Part shown: in pieces, positions 39,453 through 48,842 of the stretch
How positions within the stretch are numbered: position 1 is the stretch's first letter
How the letters are laid out: the number at the start of each line of letters is the position of its first letter
Sequence record: NZ_CP024587.1
Length of the DNA stretch: 64,000 nucleotides
Reading direction: 5' to 3' (one strand)
From: a plasmid
Program-made: the position numbers and the translations under genes
Notes under the pieces: generated by a model
The model's database searches: none
What the model was told of the DNA's origin: nothing
What the model saw: the letters and a program-made list of their open reading frames with translations, nothing else

Positions 39453-41098
39453 GGGGTTCTGACTCAATTTTGCTGAAGTTGACGTGCTGGGTTCCCTGGT
39501 CAGTCAGGGATCAGCAGGATGGCGAGGAACCTCAGTCCGGCAGCTTTAATCCCGCCAGGATTCGTCCTGGAGAGCGTGGACGAGACCGGCACAGCGGTGG
39601 TGATGACGGTGCGACCATCAACGGTGGCAGGGATCTGTCCCGGCTGTGGTGGCGTCAGCCATCGAGTGCACAGCCGCTACACTCGGAACTTGGCCGATCT
39701 CCCGCTGAGCGGGCGTCCTGTGGAATTGAAGCTCCTCGTCCGGCGGTTCCGCTGCGACCGTGCCCTGTGCCCCCGCCGCATCTTCTCCGAACGGTTCGTG
39801 GCTGCGACGCTATGGGCTCGGCGCACGGCCCGGCTGGACGAGATCGTCCACCACCTCGGCCTGGCGCTTGGCGGCCGTCCGGCCGCGAGCTTCGCCCAGC
39901 GGCTGCGATTGCCGGTCAGCAACGACACCTTGCTGCGGGTCGTCCGGCGCCGTGGAAGCCCAGCGTTCACGCCACCGCAGGCGGTCGGGATCGATGATTG
40001 GGCGTGGAAGCGCAACCACCGTTACGGCACGCTGATCTGCGACCTGGAGCGACGACGCACTATCGCCCTCTTGCCCGACCGCGAGCCCGCAACGGCGCAG
40101 GCCTGGTTGTCCGGCCAGCCGCAGATCGAGATCGTGACCCGCGACCGCGGTGGCGCCTACGCCCTGGCCGCGGCACGGGCGCTACCTGATGCGATGCAGG
40201 TAGCCGATCGTTGGCACCTGATGGAGAACGCCAGCCAGGCTTTTCTGGCCGCGACCCGAGCCTGCATGCGCCAGGTGCGCACGGCTATCGGCGCCACCAC
40301 GGTCGACCCCCGGCTGCTGACCGCGGCGGAGAAGCTCCAGTACGAGGGTTATCTCCGACGTGAGGACGCCAACGCCGCGGTCTTGGCGCTGCACAAGGCG
40401 GGCAAGGCGATCAAGGAGATCGTCCGGTGCACCGGTCATAGCCGCGGAACGGTGCGGCGCATCCTGCGCGGCCAGCGCGCGGATGTGTTCCGCACGCGGG
40501 AAAGCTCGCTCGACGCACACCTCCCCTGGCTGGACGCGCGCTGGGCGGCTGGAGTCCGCAACGGCGCCGCGCTGTGGCGCGAGCTTCGCGATCTCGGCTT
40601 CCACGGCTCGCTGCGGGTGGTCGCAGAGTGGGCGACGCGTCGCCGCCGGTCAGAGCAGGTCAACGTCGAGGGGCTGAGCCGTGTTCCGTCGGCCCGCACC
40701 GTGGCACGCCTGATGACCATGGCGCGTGACAGCCTGTCCAAGACGCAGACTGTGACGGTGGCTGCTATCGAAGCAGCGGTGCCTACCCTGGTCCAGGCGC
40801 GGGAGATCGTCGAAGCCTTTCACACCTTGATCCGCCGAAAACATGAGGCCGCGTTGGATGGCTGGCTCGACAGGGCGGCAGCCAGCCTCCTGGCCCCGTT
40901 CGTGCGCGGGCTCGCCCGGGATCATGTCGCCGTCCGAGCCGCAATTTCCTCCGCTTGGTCCAACGCCCAAGCCGAGGGGCAGATCAACAAGCTGAAGGTG
41001 GTCAAACGCCAGATGTATGGCAGAGGGAATCTCGACCTGCTCCAGGCCCGCGTCATAGCAGCAGGCCGATGACCGCCATCGAAATTGCGTCAGAGCCC
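39453..41098 (+). mobile_element. ISL3-family insertion sequence, variant C (1646 bp)
   Basis: Imperfect 19-bp IRs GGGTTCTGACTCAATTTTG and GGGCTCTGACGCAATTTCG (reverse complement at the right end). No target duplication; it lies between an IS4 remnant and an IS21 istA remnant. Confidence 0.7.
39519..41072 (+). CDS. ISL3 family transposase (517 aa, divergent variant)
   Basis: Zinc finger [18 protein letters not shown] and C-terminal [30 protein letters not shown]. Confidence 0.85.
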   Translation: MARNLSPAALIPPGFVLESVDETGTAVVMTVRPSTVAGICPGCGGVSHRVHSRYTRNLADLPLSGRPVELKLLVRRFRCDRALCPRRIFSERFVAATLWARRTARLDEIVHHLGLALGGRPAASFAQRLRLPVSNDTLLRVVRRRGSPAFTPPQAVGIDDWAWKRNHRYGTLICDLERRRTIALLPDREPATAQAWLSGQPQIEIVTRDRGGAYALAAARALPDAMQVADRWHLMENASQAFLAATRACMRQVRTAIGATTVDPRLLTAAEKLQYEGYLRREDANAAVLALHKAGKAIKEIVRCTGHSRGTVRRILRGQRADVFRTRESSLDAHLPWLDARWAAGVRNGAALWRELRDLGFHGSLRVVAEWATRRRRSEQVNVEGLSRVPSARTVARLMTMARDSLSKTQTVTVAAIEAAVPTLVQAREIVEAFHTLIRRKHEAALDGWLDRAAASLLAPFVRGLARDHVAVRAAISSAWSNAQAEGQINKLKVVKRQMYGRGNLDLLQARVIAAGR

Positions 41099-41846
41099 CT
41101 ATTCCACGCCGGTCAACAGTCCACACCGCCTCGGCATAGGTGTAGCTCGACGCCCCCAGCACCGCCACGAACACCTGCGCCGTGCGCACCTCGCCGGTGG
41201 CAGGCTCGATCACCTCCACCGTCTGCCCGGCGAAGTCGACGAACAGCCGCTCGCCAGCCGGATGGACCTGTCGCATCACCGGCGACAGACGGCCCTCCCA
41301 GCCTTGGTAGAACTCGCACTAACGGCTGTACTGGTAGCCACCCGGGGTGCTGGCCCGGTACTCTTCCCACAACAGCATCAGCGTCACGCCGGGCCGGCGT
41401 AGTTCCCGGTGCACCACGGCCCAGTCGGGCTCGGCCTTGCGCCGTTGCCCGGCAACCGCCCCGCCGCCCGCAAACAGCAGCGCCTCCAGCGCACCGTCCG
41501 TCAGCGTCGCCGGCAGCGGCCAGGTCAGGCCGGCCGCCGCTGCCCGGTCCAGGCACAGCCGCGCCGTACTGCGCGCCACGCCCACCGCAAGGCCGATCGC
41601 CCGGTCGGAGGCGCACGCCTCGTACTTCAGCCGCAGGATCTCTCGCACTCGTCGCATCGACACTCTCTCGGCTGGCATCCGGGCTCCCCCTCGCGTCCAG
41701 CGAGACAGGAGGCCCGGGCCCAGCCCAGCGGTCGAGCAACCACCCACCCCACAGGGGTGCCGACTTCCGATCGGAATGGCCGACTTCATCCCGGAATCAA
41801 CGGCCGACTTCAAATCGGAATCAGGTGCCGACTTGCTCCGGAATAC
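41099..41846 (-). pseudogene. IS21-family IstA transposase remnant (N-terminal HTH plus part of the catalytic core; frameshifted; 3' end cut by ISL3-C)
   Basis: MRRVREILRLKYEACASDRAIGLAVGVARSTARLCLDRAAAAGLTWPLP.. and, in another frame, [46 protein letters not shown]. Confidence 0.65.
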
Positions 41847-42300
41847 GCAGGCCAGACGCTCGATCAGGCGCGCGCCGGCCTTGTCCCCGAGCGCCAGGCC
41901 TACACAGCGCTGCAGATCGCCCAGTCGCCGGGTCCGCCGTGCCCCGGCGGCCGCAACCTCCGGGAGCCGCTCGGCGAAGGTCTGCCGGGTACAGGTCGGG
42001 TCGAGGCAGCGGAACCGCCGTGCCTGGAGACGCAGCGTCACAGGGCGGCCCTGCCATGGCAAATCAGCGAGGCGGCGTTGGTAGTGGCTGTGAACGCGCC
42101 GTGACGACGTGCCGCAAGCTGGGCAGGTGGCGGCCTCGGAAGGTAGCGTGGCGGCGATGATGATGTCATCGGAAGCGGGCAGGACCTGCTGAACCAGCAG
42201 CCCCGCTGGAAGCAGAAGCAGGAGACGCTTGGACAATCCCAGCTTTCAGAGAGAGGAACGATGCCCCTCCAATGTGATCATCCCACCCTGGAACGACGAG
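41847..42300 (-). pseudogene. ISL3 variant-B fragment (first ~130 codons plus right IR remnant), fused in-frame to the IS21 istA remnant (chimeric ORF 41319..42236)
   Basis: Residues 1-130 of ORF 41319..42236 are identical to the N-terminus of the 25258..26880 transposase. An IR-like CAGCACGGAAAGTGCGGGAGAACC lies at 42283-42306. Confidence 0.7.
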
Positions 42301-42309
42301 CCACAGCAC

Positions 42310-43003
42310 GGAAAGTGCGGGAGAACCAACTCACGAGTGGCATTGACAAGGGCAACGCCCAGAGCCGAGGGCGGCTCCAGGCTGAGGTGAAAACCCGTCA
42401 CCACGCGGGTAGCGACGTCAATGGCCAGGGTGAGCCAGGGACGGTCCAGCGGACGACGGTCGATGGCGGACACCACCATGATGTCGGCCAGGGTGTGATC
42501 GACCTGCACCAGTCCGAGTGGCCGCTCCTCGGTGAGATGGCCGGCAATCCGACCGAGCTTGCGGCGTGCGTGCCGGGCGCCCCTGCGACGGCGAAGCAAC
42601 TCACGAGGATCCAGGGCTGCCACACGCTGTGTAACAGCCTTCCGCGACGGCAGTGCCAGATCCTGTGCGACGCAACGGCGTCCAATCTCACGCATCAGGT
42701 CAGCCAGCGTCGGGCAATTGGGGCGAAGGTAGAACTCGTCGATGGCCTTCTCGATGGTGGTTTCCACGGCCTTGTTGAGCAGGCGGACGCCGGCGCGGCG
42801 TCCGCTTGGGCCTGGGAGCAGCGCCGTGACAGTTCGGTCCGCGCGCAAACGGCGTAGCAGGCGATAGCACTGAGCACGTTCGATGCCGAGCTCTCGGGCC
42901 GCGGCATCCACTTCACCGGCCGTACTCCGGTCGGTGCGTGCGAGAGGTGTAAGCACCCGGAGCCGGTGCTCGCCTGTGGCCCAGACTACGTCGTTGGGTC
43001 CAT
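42310..43003 (-). pseudogene. tniA: Tn402/Tn5053-family TniA (Mu-like DDE transposase) N-terminal fragment
   Basis: HTH region plus first DDE motif ..LGLVQVDHTLADIMVV.., characteristic of TniA/TnsB/MuA-type transposases. The C-terminal ~300 residues are missing. Confidence 0.55.
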
Positions 43004-43148
43004 GGATATCGATCCTGGGCACAAACAACGATCCAATATCGATACAATTATCATTTTCAGGAAACGGATTATCATGGTCAAGGGAAATCAGAGGCACTAA
43101 CCATCTGATTTATCCAAATTTCTGATTATCTTGGTTAAAGAACCCTGA
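43004..43148 (-). repeat. transposon terminal region (IRt-like) with repeated GATTATC(A/T)TGGT-type motifs; outer end TGTCAGGG..
   Basis: AT-rich 145 bp upstream of tniA containing at least 3 related short repeats and ending in TGTCA.., as in Tn402-family termini. It abuts the truncated tetR. Confidence 0.45.
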
Positions 43149-43679
43149 CAGCAGCGGTTCACCACGGCACGCGTCGCGGAAAGGGCGGGCGTGAGTGTCG
43201 GGTCTCTGTACCAGTACTTCCCGAACAAGGCGGCCATCCTGTTCCGGATACAGCGCGATGAATGGCGCCAGACGACTGACCTGCTACGCACGATCCTTGA
43301 GGACGCCTCAAAGCCACCGCTGGACAGGCTGCGGGCCTTGGTTCACGCCTTCATCTGCTCGGAATGCGAGGAGGCGGCCGTCCGGGCCGCACTCGACGAC
43401 GCGGCGCCCCTTTACCGCGACGCTCCGGAAGCAGAAGAAGCGCGGGCGGCAGGAGACCGCGTCATCGAGGCTTTCATGCGTGACGTTCTGCCCGATGCCT
43501 CGGACGCTACACGCGAGCTGGCTGGCGACCTCGTCATGACCACGATGAGCACCGTTGGGAAGGAGTTCTCCGAGGAGTCGCTCTCGGCGGCGGACATCAG
43601 CGCTTATGCGGATGCCATGGCCGACATGTTCTGCGCCTATCTCGGAAACCATGGTCTCGGGCGCCGCCCCGGCAGGTAG
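43149..43679 (+). pseudogene. TetR-family transcriptional regulator, lacking ~25 N-terminal codons
   Basis: In-frame upstream sequence ..QQRFTTARVAERAGVSVGSLYQYFPNK is the second half of the TetR HTH. The reading frame hits a stop at 43146 and no start codon is available. Confidence 0.6.
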
Positions 43680-43734
43680 TTGCCTCCACGGTGACCACCG
43701 CGCGGGGCCTTGGGTCTATCTCCCGTGCCCATCG

Positions 43735-43989
43735 CCTCCGGCACAAGTGGAGCTAGCCGCGGCTGAACTCGTGCGGCTCCCCGTCACGCCGGAAGCATTG
43801 TTGCGCGCACAAGGCTGGAACCAGCGCTGGGGCCGGTGGTCGCTGCTGTTCAGCTGGCTGCCGGTGATCGGCGCTCCGCTGACGGTCGTGGCTGGGGTGA
43901 TGCGCGAGCCGTTCCCGCTGTTCCTGGCGCTGGTCACCCTGGCCAAGGTCGGGCGCTATCTGGTCCTGGCCGCGGTCACCTTGGACTGA
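43735..43989 (+). pseudogene. YqaA/DedA-related membrane protein, C-terminal fragment
   Basis: ..GRWSLLFSWLPVIGAPLTVVAGVMREPFPLFLALVTLAKVGRYLVLAAV resembles the C-terminal half of YqaA. The N-terminal half is absent and replaced by out-of-frame tetR 3' sequence. Confidence 0.45.
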
Positions 43990-44022
43990 AGCGGATGATG
44001 CGGGTTACGGAGGCCGTCCCGG

Positions 44023-44172
44023 TCAGCCGGCTGCGAGGTGTTCGATGAGGATGCCGAGGCCGATCCCCATCAGGCACAGGCCGCCCAGTCCCTCGGCCCA
44101 ACGCCCGAGGCGACCGCCGACAAGCCGCCCCACCATCATGCCCGCGGTTGCCAGAGCGAAAGCCGCCTCACA
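44023..44172 (-). pseudogene. manganese efflux pump MntP-like C-terminal fragment
   Basis: ..LVGGRLGRWAEGLGGLCLMGIGLGILIEHL* matches the conserved MntP C-terminus. Only ~50 codons are present. Confidence 0.45.
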
Positions 44173-44297
44173 TCGCCATGGCTGCACGGAATTTGCGGGA
44201 GAAAGAACCTGTGTCGTCCCGGCACCTACAGGTGTGGCACCAGATCGCGCTGCTTCCGGCTTGGCTCTGGGCCATCTTCTGGCTATGGATCGTTCCC

Positions 44298-44612
44298 ATG
44301 TCAAAGAAGTTCATCGCTGACGTGATTCAGCAATCCTCCGATCTGACCGGCCTGGCCTCGGTGCGGCTGGCGGGTGCGGTGATCGAGGCCATCAAGGCCG
44401 AGATCGTCGAGACCGGTCGCTTCTCGCTGCCGGAGTTCGGCTCCTTCTCGGTGCGAGAAACCCCGAAGCGGACCAAGATGAACCCGCGCACCGGCGAGAA
44501 GGTCCAGGTCAAGGCCGGCGCGACGGTGAGGTTCAAGCCGTCGCCGAACCTGAAGGAGGCGGTGTTCGCCGGCGTGAAGAAGGCCCGCCGCAAGGCCGCC
44601 AAGGCCGGCTGA
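44298..44612 (+). CDS. HU/IHF-family nucleoid-associated DNA-binding protein with short lysine-rich C-terminal tail
   Basis: MSKKFIADVIQQSSDLTG..RFSLPEFGSFSVRETPKRTKMNPRTGEKVQVKAGATVRFKPSPNLKEA.. is the classical HU fold signature. Confidence 0.8.
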   Translation: MSKKFIADVIQQSSDLTGLASVRLAGAVIEAIKAEIVETGRFSLPEFGSFSVRETPKRTKMNPRTGEKVQVKAGATVRFKPSPNLKEAVFAGVKKARRKAAKAG

Positions 44613-44846
44613 CAGGACGCGCCGCGATCACCGGCGCGCCCTGTCGGCTCTTCTCCATCACCGCCTGAGCGAGGACTTTCTTCGTCACATTGTTTCACTA
44701 CAGATCCGTCAGCCTGAGGGAGCCGAGAGCGTCCCAGGCGGAACGATGTAAGCGGGGCCACGAGGCCCTTGGCACTTTGATCTGTGGTAGAGCCGCTGCT
44801 CTTCCTGACATTGAGCACAGCGGCATAGCGCAGGAACTGGGTCGGG

Positions 44847-45455
44847 CTATTCGATCAGGAACGCCTCGCGGCGCCCTCCCGCCGCTTCGTGCGTGACGAT
44901 CCAGCTGGGCGGGCGGCCACGGCCGCTCCACTCCTGGCCGTTCGGCCCACGATACCTGACGGGGACCCGGGCGCCGGCGCGCCGGCTCCGTCCACCCGGC
45001 CCGTGGCCAGGGGCGGGCATGCGGTCATGCACCAATCCCGCCGCCGACAGACCGAGAGCCGCGGCCTTGCTTTCGAACTCGGCGACCAGATCGGCTCTCG
45101 CCTGTTCCAGGCTGGCACGAGCATCCACCTCCCCGCCATCTGTCACGAGTTCAGGGTCCTGCGGTGCGGCGGGTCGACTGGGGTCCACGGCGCTCCCAGC
45201 CTCGGGTGCGTTCCCGGCATCCATCACCAGATCCCGCGCCTGCGCATGCTGCTCCAGCATCGCCGCCAGCGTCGCGTGGGTCTCCAGGAACCCGTCCGCG
45301 CGCCGCACCACCACACTGCCGCCACATGCAGCGAACACGCGCCGCTGCTGCGTCAAGCGCTGCAATTGCTCGGGCGTAGCCACAAGAACCTGGTAGCCAC
45401 AGGCCTGCAGCGTCGCCTTATGCTCAGGTGTCAGGTGCAATGACGTGGCTTCCAC
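44847..45455 (-). CDS. H-NS-like DNA-binding protein (H-NS C-terminal domain; atypical N-terminal domain)
   Basis: C-terminus RYRGPNGQEWSGRGRPPSWIVTHEAAGGRREAFLIE matches the H-NS DNA-binding motif (..TWTGQGRTP..FLI). The N-terminal 120 aa are not recognisably H-NS-like. Confidence 0.55.
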   Translation of the reverse strand: MEATSLHLTPEHKATLQACGYQVLVATPEQLQRLTQQRRVFAACGGSVVVRRADGFLETHATLAAMLEQHAQARDLVMDAGNAPEAGSAVDPSRPAAPQDPELVTDGGEVDARASLEQARADLVAEFESKAAALGLSAAGLVHDRMPAPGHGPGGRSRRAGARVPVRYRGPNGQEWSGRGRPPSWIVTHEAAGGRREAFLIE

Positions 45456-45654
45456 GTTTGGGGGTCATTGGGCGCCATAGTCTTCTCTTTATCGTTGGCT
45501 CTTGCGGAATGCGCAGGTGGACCGCTCCTGAAAGTCCGGATTGGTTGGTTATCGGTTGCGCGCTCCGCCCTGTCCGAGGTGGGACGTCCGGCGGGCGATG
45601 TCACCCCTCTTTCGGGTGCACAGCAACGCTTCGGCCACCTGCCGGCATCCACCG

Positions 45655-46506
45655 CTATGGCACCGCCTGGACCCGGATGCCCCCGAATGCGCTATCCTGC
45701 CGCAGGGTCACCACGCGTTGCCGGGCGAGTTCCAGCCCGGCCAGGAAGGTGTTCGCCACGGCGGATCGCTGCCGCAGCGGTGTTGCCGGGGCGGGCGTCC
45801 GCCCGGCTCCGACGCCGAGCAGGTCCACCTCGCCTAGCTGCTCCTCCAGCGCCTGGCGCAGCCATGCCAGGGCGTCCGGCAGGGTCCAGACATCCGGCGC
45901 CACGGGACGGTAGACCCGCGCGATGTCCCCAGGCGCCGAGCCCTGGCCCTGCCCCTCCAGCATGAGCAGCGTCGCCTCCAGGAAGGCCACCACCATCGCC
46001 GCCCGCGGCGGCAGATCCCTCTCCGCCTCCCCTGCCCCGCTGCCCCGGCCCAGCACGTCGATGCCCCGCTGTGGCCGCGCCGTGAGCCACGCCGCCGCCG
46101 CCCGGATCGCCGCCTGCTCCTCCCAGCGCCGCAGCTGCCGCGCCGCCTCCTCCCCGGCCTCACCCGGGGCTTCGCCCGCGACCTCCGGCACCGGCGGCAG
46201 CAGCGCCTGTGCCTTCAGCCGCACCAACTCGCTCGCCATCACCAGCCAGTCCGCCTGCCGCTCCAGCGGCACCTGGCCGCGGCTTGCCTCCAGTGCGGCC
46301 ACGAACTGCTCGGCGAGGGGCACGATCGACAGCTGCCCCAGCCGCAGCTTCTGCTGGCGCACCATCTCCAGGAGGAAGTCGAGCGGTCCCTCGAAGTCCT
46401 CCAGGCTGAGCACCGGCGGGCCACCGGGATGTGGCGCGGCCTCCCTGCCCTGCCCCGCCGGATACTCCCAGGCCACCGCTACCTCAGCCATCCTCCGGCC
46501 CCGCAT
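45655..46506 (-). CDS. ScpA-like segregation/condensation protein A family protein
   Basis: LEDFEGPLDFLLEMVRQQKLRLGQLSIVPLAEQF is the ScpA N-terminal signature. Confidence 0.6.
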   Translation of the reverse strand: MRGRRMAEVAVAWEYPAGQGREAAPHPGGPPVLSLEDFEGPLDFLLEMVRQQKLRLGQLSIVPLAEQFVAALEASRGQVPLERQADWLVMASELVRLKAQALLPPVPEVAGEAPGEAGEEAARQLRRWEEQAAIRAAAAWLTARPQRGIDVLGRGSGAGEAERDLPPRAAMVVAFLEATLLMLEGQGQGSAPGDIARVYRPVAPDVWTLPDALAWLRQALEEQLGEVDLLGVGAGRTPAPATPLRQRSAVANTFLAGLELARQRVVTLRQDSAFGGIRVQAVP

Positions 46507-47119
46507 AATCCGGCCGCAGCTCCAGCGTCAGCTCCGGCCAGGCCCGGCGCAGCCGCCGCAGCGCCTGCCAGGGCGACCAGTCCGCCGACCAGAACTCCAC
46601 CGCCAGTGCGTCCATCCGCCGCTGCCGCCCGTCGCGCCCGGCCGGCACCTCCCGCACGTGCCGCAGCGCCCGGGTCGTGCCCCAGTGCGCCCAGAGCCAG
46701 GCCCGGGCCTGCGGGTCGTCGGGGCCCAGCGCCAGCAGCCGCTCCGGCACCGGCAGCAGCCGCTGCAGGTCGAAGGGACAGCTGAGCTCGCCGGTCCTCC
46801 GCGCCACCGCCCGCTGCTGCAGCACCGCCACCGCATCGTGCAGCCGCTGCGACAGGATCCGTGCCCCGGCCAGGCTGATCGCCCGCTCCCCGTCCGGTGG
46901 CCCCGCCAGCTGCAGGAACCAGTCCTCGCGCAGCCGCTCCAGGTCGTGCTGCCAGGGGATCACCCCGGGGCCCGCCGCCGCCGCCCGGAAATCCGCCATC
47001 CGCGCCGCCGGACCGCTGATCCGCAGCCTGTTGCGCAGCCAGTCGGTGTGCGCCGGCGCCAGCGGGGCCTCGTCCCCGGCCGGGGCAGCAATGGCATCCG
47101 GCACGGAGGCGGACGGCAC
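46484..47119 (-). CDS. hypothetical protein (211 aa), overlaps scpA-like start by 23 bp
   Basis: Trp-rich ORF in the operon frame between the integrase and the ScpA-like gene. No recognisable domain. Confidence 0.4.
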   Translation of the reverse strand: MPSASVPDAIAAPAGDEAPLAPAHTDWLRNRLRISGPAARMADFRAAAAGPGVIPWQHDLERLREDWFLQLAGPPDGERAISLAGARILSQRLHDAVAVLQQRAVARRTGELSCPFDLQRLLPVPERLLALGPDDPQARAWLWAHWGTTRALRHVREVPAGRDGRQRRMDALAVEFWSADWSPWQALRRLRRAWPELTLELRPDYAGPEDG

Positions 47120-47134
47120 GGCCAGACCCCTCGC

Positions 47135-48166
47135 CTACAGGTCGAGCAGCCGGGCCGGGCTGTCGCGGGTGATGCGGACCCGGCGGCGATACCCCTGCGT
47201 GGTGGCGATGCTCTTCTGCCGGGCGTGGTGCATCACCTGCTCGTCCAGCGCCCCCTTCAGATAGGCCTCGGTGATGAAGCCCGCCCGCAGCCCGTGCGGG
47301 CTCAGCCGCTCGGCCGTGTCCACCGTGATCCGGGCCAGCTCCGCCCGCCGGCGCAGGATGCGCCAGACGCCATGGTCGGTGAGCCGGCCCTCGATCTGGC
47401 CACCGGCCGAGAGGCGGCGGAACACCGGTCCATAGGCGATGCGCGCCCGGCGCAGCCATTCCTCCATCGCCCGCACCGGGCAGGACAGCACGTTCCGCCC
47501 GCGCGGGATGCCGATGCTCGCCCCCTCCCGCTCCTGGTCGCGCTTGGAATGGGGGATGAACAGTACCATCCCCTCCGTCGTGAAGCGCAGGTGCTCGTGG
47601 TCGATCGCCACCAGCTCGGAGCGCCGCAACGCCCCGGCGAAGCCGATCAGGAACAGCGCCCGGTCGCGCAGGCCACGGAGGTCGCTGCCGCAGGCGCCCA
47701 GCAACGCCTTGACCTCGGTGGAGGTCAGCGCCGCGGCCGGGCGAGCGGGAGCGCCGTGCTGGCCGAGGATACCGCGCAGCGTGGCGTTGATCACCGGGTC
47801 CCGGCTCTGCCAGGGATGGCCCAGGCGGCGATGCTCATGGGCGATCGCCGCCAGGCGGCGGCGCAACCCGCTGCGGCCGAGCTTGCGGGCCAGGCTCGCC
47901 AGATAGGCCGCGACGACCACCGGCTGGGCCGGCAGCGCGGCCACGCCGCCGGCGGCGCACCAGGCGGCGAAGTCGGCCCAGTCGGCGGCATAGGCGCGCC
48001 TCGTGTTGTCGGCCAGCGCCCGGCCGGCGTAGCGCGCCGCCTCCGCCACCGCCTCGCCAACCGGACCGGTGAGCACGGCCAGCGCCTCCGGCGGCAGCGG
48101 CTCCCGCACCAGGCGCTGCACCGACCGGGGAAGATCGGAGGGCCAGTCGGCAGGCTGATCCGTCAT
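47135..48166 (-). CDS. tyrosine site-specific recombinase (phage integrase / XerC/D-like)
   Basis: Catalytic-region motifs ..LSPHGLRAGFITEA.. and ..HARQKSIATTQGYRR.. (R..H..R..Y). Start MTDQPADW at 48166. The 510-aa track ORF over-extends upstream. Confidence 0.8.
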   Translation of the reverse strand: MTDQPADWPSDLPRSVQRLVREPLPPEALAVLTGPVGEAVAEAARYAGRALADNTRRAYAADWADFAAWCAAGGVAALPAQPVVVAAYLASLARKLGRSGLRRRLAAIAHEHRRLGHPWQSRDPVINATLRGILGQHGAPARPAAALTSTEVKALLGACGSDLRGLRDRALFLIGFAGALRRSELVAIDHEHLRFTTEGMVLFIPHSKRDQEREGASIGIPRGRNVLSCPVRAMEEWLRRARIAYGPVFRRLSAGGQIEGRLTDHGVWRILRRRAELARITVDTAERLSPHGLRAGFITEAYLKGALDEQVMHHARQKSIATTQGYRRRVRITRDSPARLLDL

Positions 48167-48585
48167 GCGGCCTCCCACGGGTTCACCAGCGTGGCACCCA
48201 GCCCTTCGAAATCGGTCGTGTTCCGGGTAGCGAGGGTCGCGCCATGGGCCAATGCCATCCCCCCGATCAGCGCATCGGCCAGAGCAATGGGCCGGCCCGC
48301 GGCCTCTCGCGCCGCGCGGGCCCGCGCATAACGGGCGACACAGCTCGCATCGAGAACCAGGATCCGGTCCGCGAACCCCTCGGCGAGGAAACGTTCGAAG
48401 AGGCTCTCGAGACCGGCCCGGCGCTGCCCCTCCGGCAATCGCGCAAGCCCATAGCGGATTTCGGCCACGACCAGACTGGGCAGGAACAGGGTTTCCAGGC
48501 GCTGGGCGGCGAGGAAGCGCCGCACCGCCGCATCCGGGCTGGCCCGCATGAGTTCCGAGACGACGTTGGTATCGAGCAGGATCAC
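48163..48585 (-). CDS. vapC: VapC-family PIN-domain toxin
   Basis: MILLDTNVVSE.. (first acidic residue), ..VLDAS.., ..TRNTTDF. The stop overlaps the integrase start (ATGA). Confidence 0.8.
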   Translation of the reverse strand: MILLDTNVVSELMRASPDAAVRRFLAAQRLETLFLPSLVVAEIRYGLARLPEGQRRAGLESLFERFLAEGFADRILVLDASCVARYARARAAREAAGRPIALADALIGGMALAHGATLATRNTTDFEGLGATLVNPWEAA

Positions 48586-48842
48586 CCTTCGTCCTCACCG
48601 AAGAGTGGCGGGCGGTCCCGCTCCGTGCCGCGGGGCGGCAGAACAAGGTCAAAGCCCCGCTCGGCACCGAACAAGCGCTCGGCGATGGCAGGCAGGGTCT
48701 CGCTGCCCACGGTGTCCCGGGCCATGGCAGCGCGGAGAAGCTCGCGGGCCTCTTCCTCGACAGAACGCCGGTGCCGGCGGGCGCGGGCCTTGAGCTGCTC
48801 CCGCAACGCCTCGTCGACGTTCCGGATCAACAGGCTTGCCAT
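48582..48842 (-). CDS. vapB: VapB/FitA-type antitoxin
   Basis: MASLLIRNVDEALREQLKARARRHRRSVEEEARELL is a typical antitoxin DNA-binding N-terminus. Overlaps the vapC start. Confidence 0.7.
   Translation of the reverse strand: MASLLIRNVDEALREQLKARARRHRRSVEEEARELLRAAMARDTVGSETLPAIAERLFGAERGFDLVLPPRGTERDRPPLFGEDEG

Noticed and set aside
45923-48331. 802-aa + strand ORF antisense to scpA-like, the 211-aa gene and the integrase
   Set aside because: Composition typical of antisense high-GC ORFs (R/P/A/G-rich). The opposite strand encodes proteins with recognisable motifs.
47135-48667. 510-aa integrase ORF
   Set aside because: The N-terminal 168 codons are the antisense of vapC. The real start is MTDQPADW at 48166 (344 aa).
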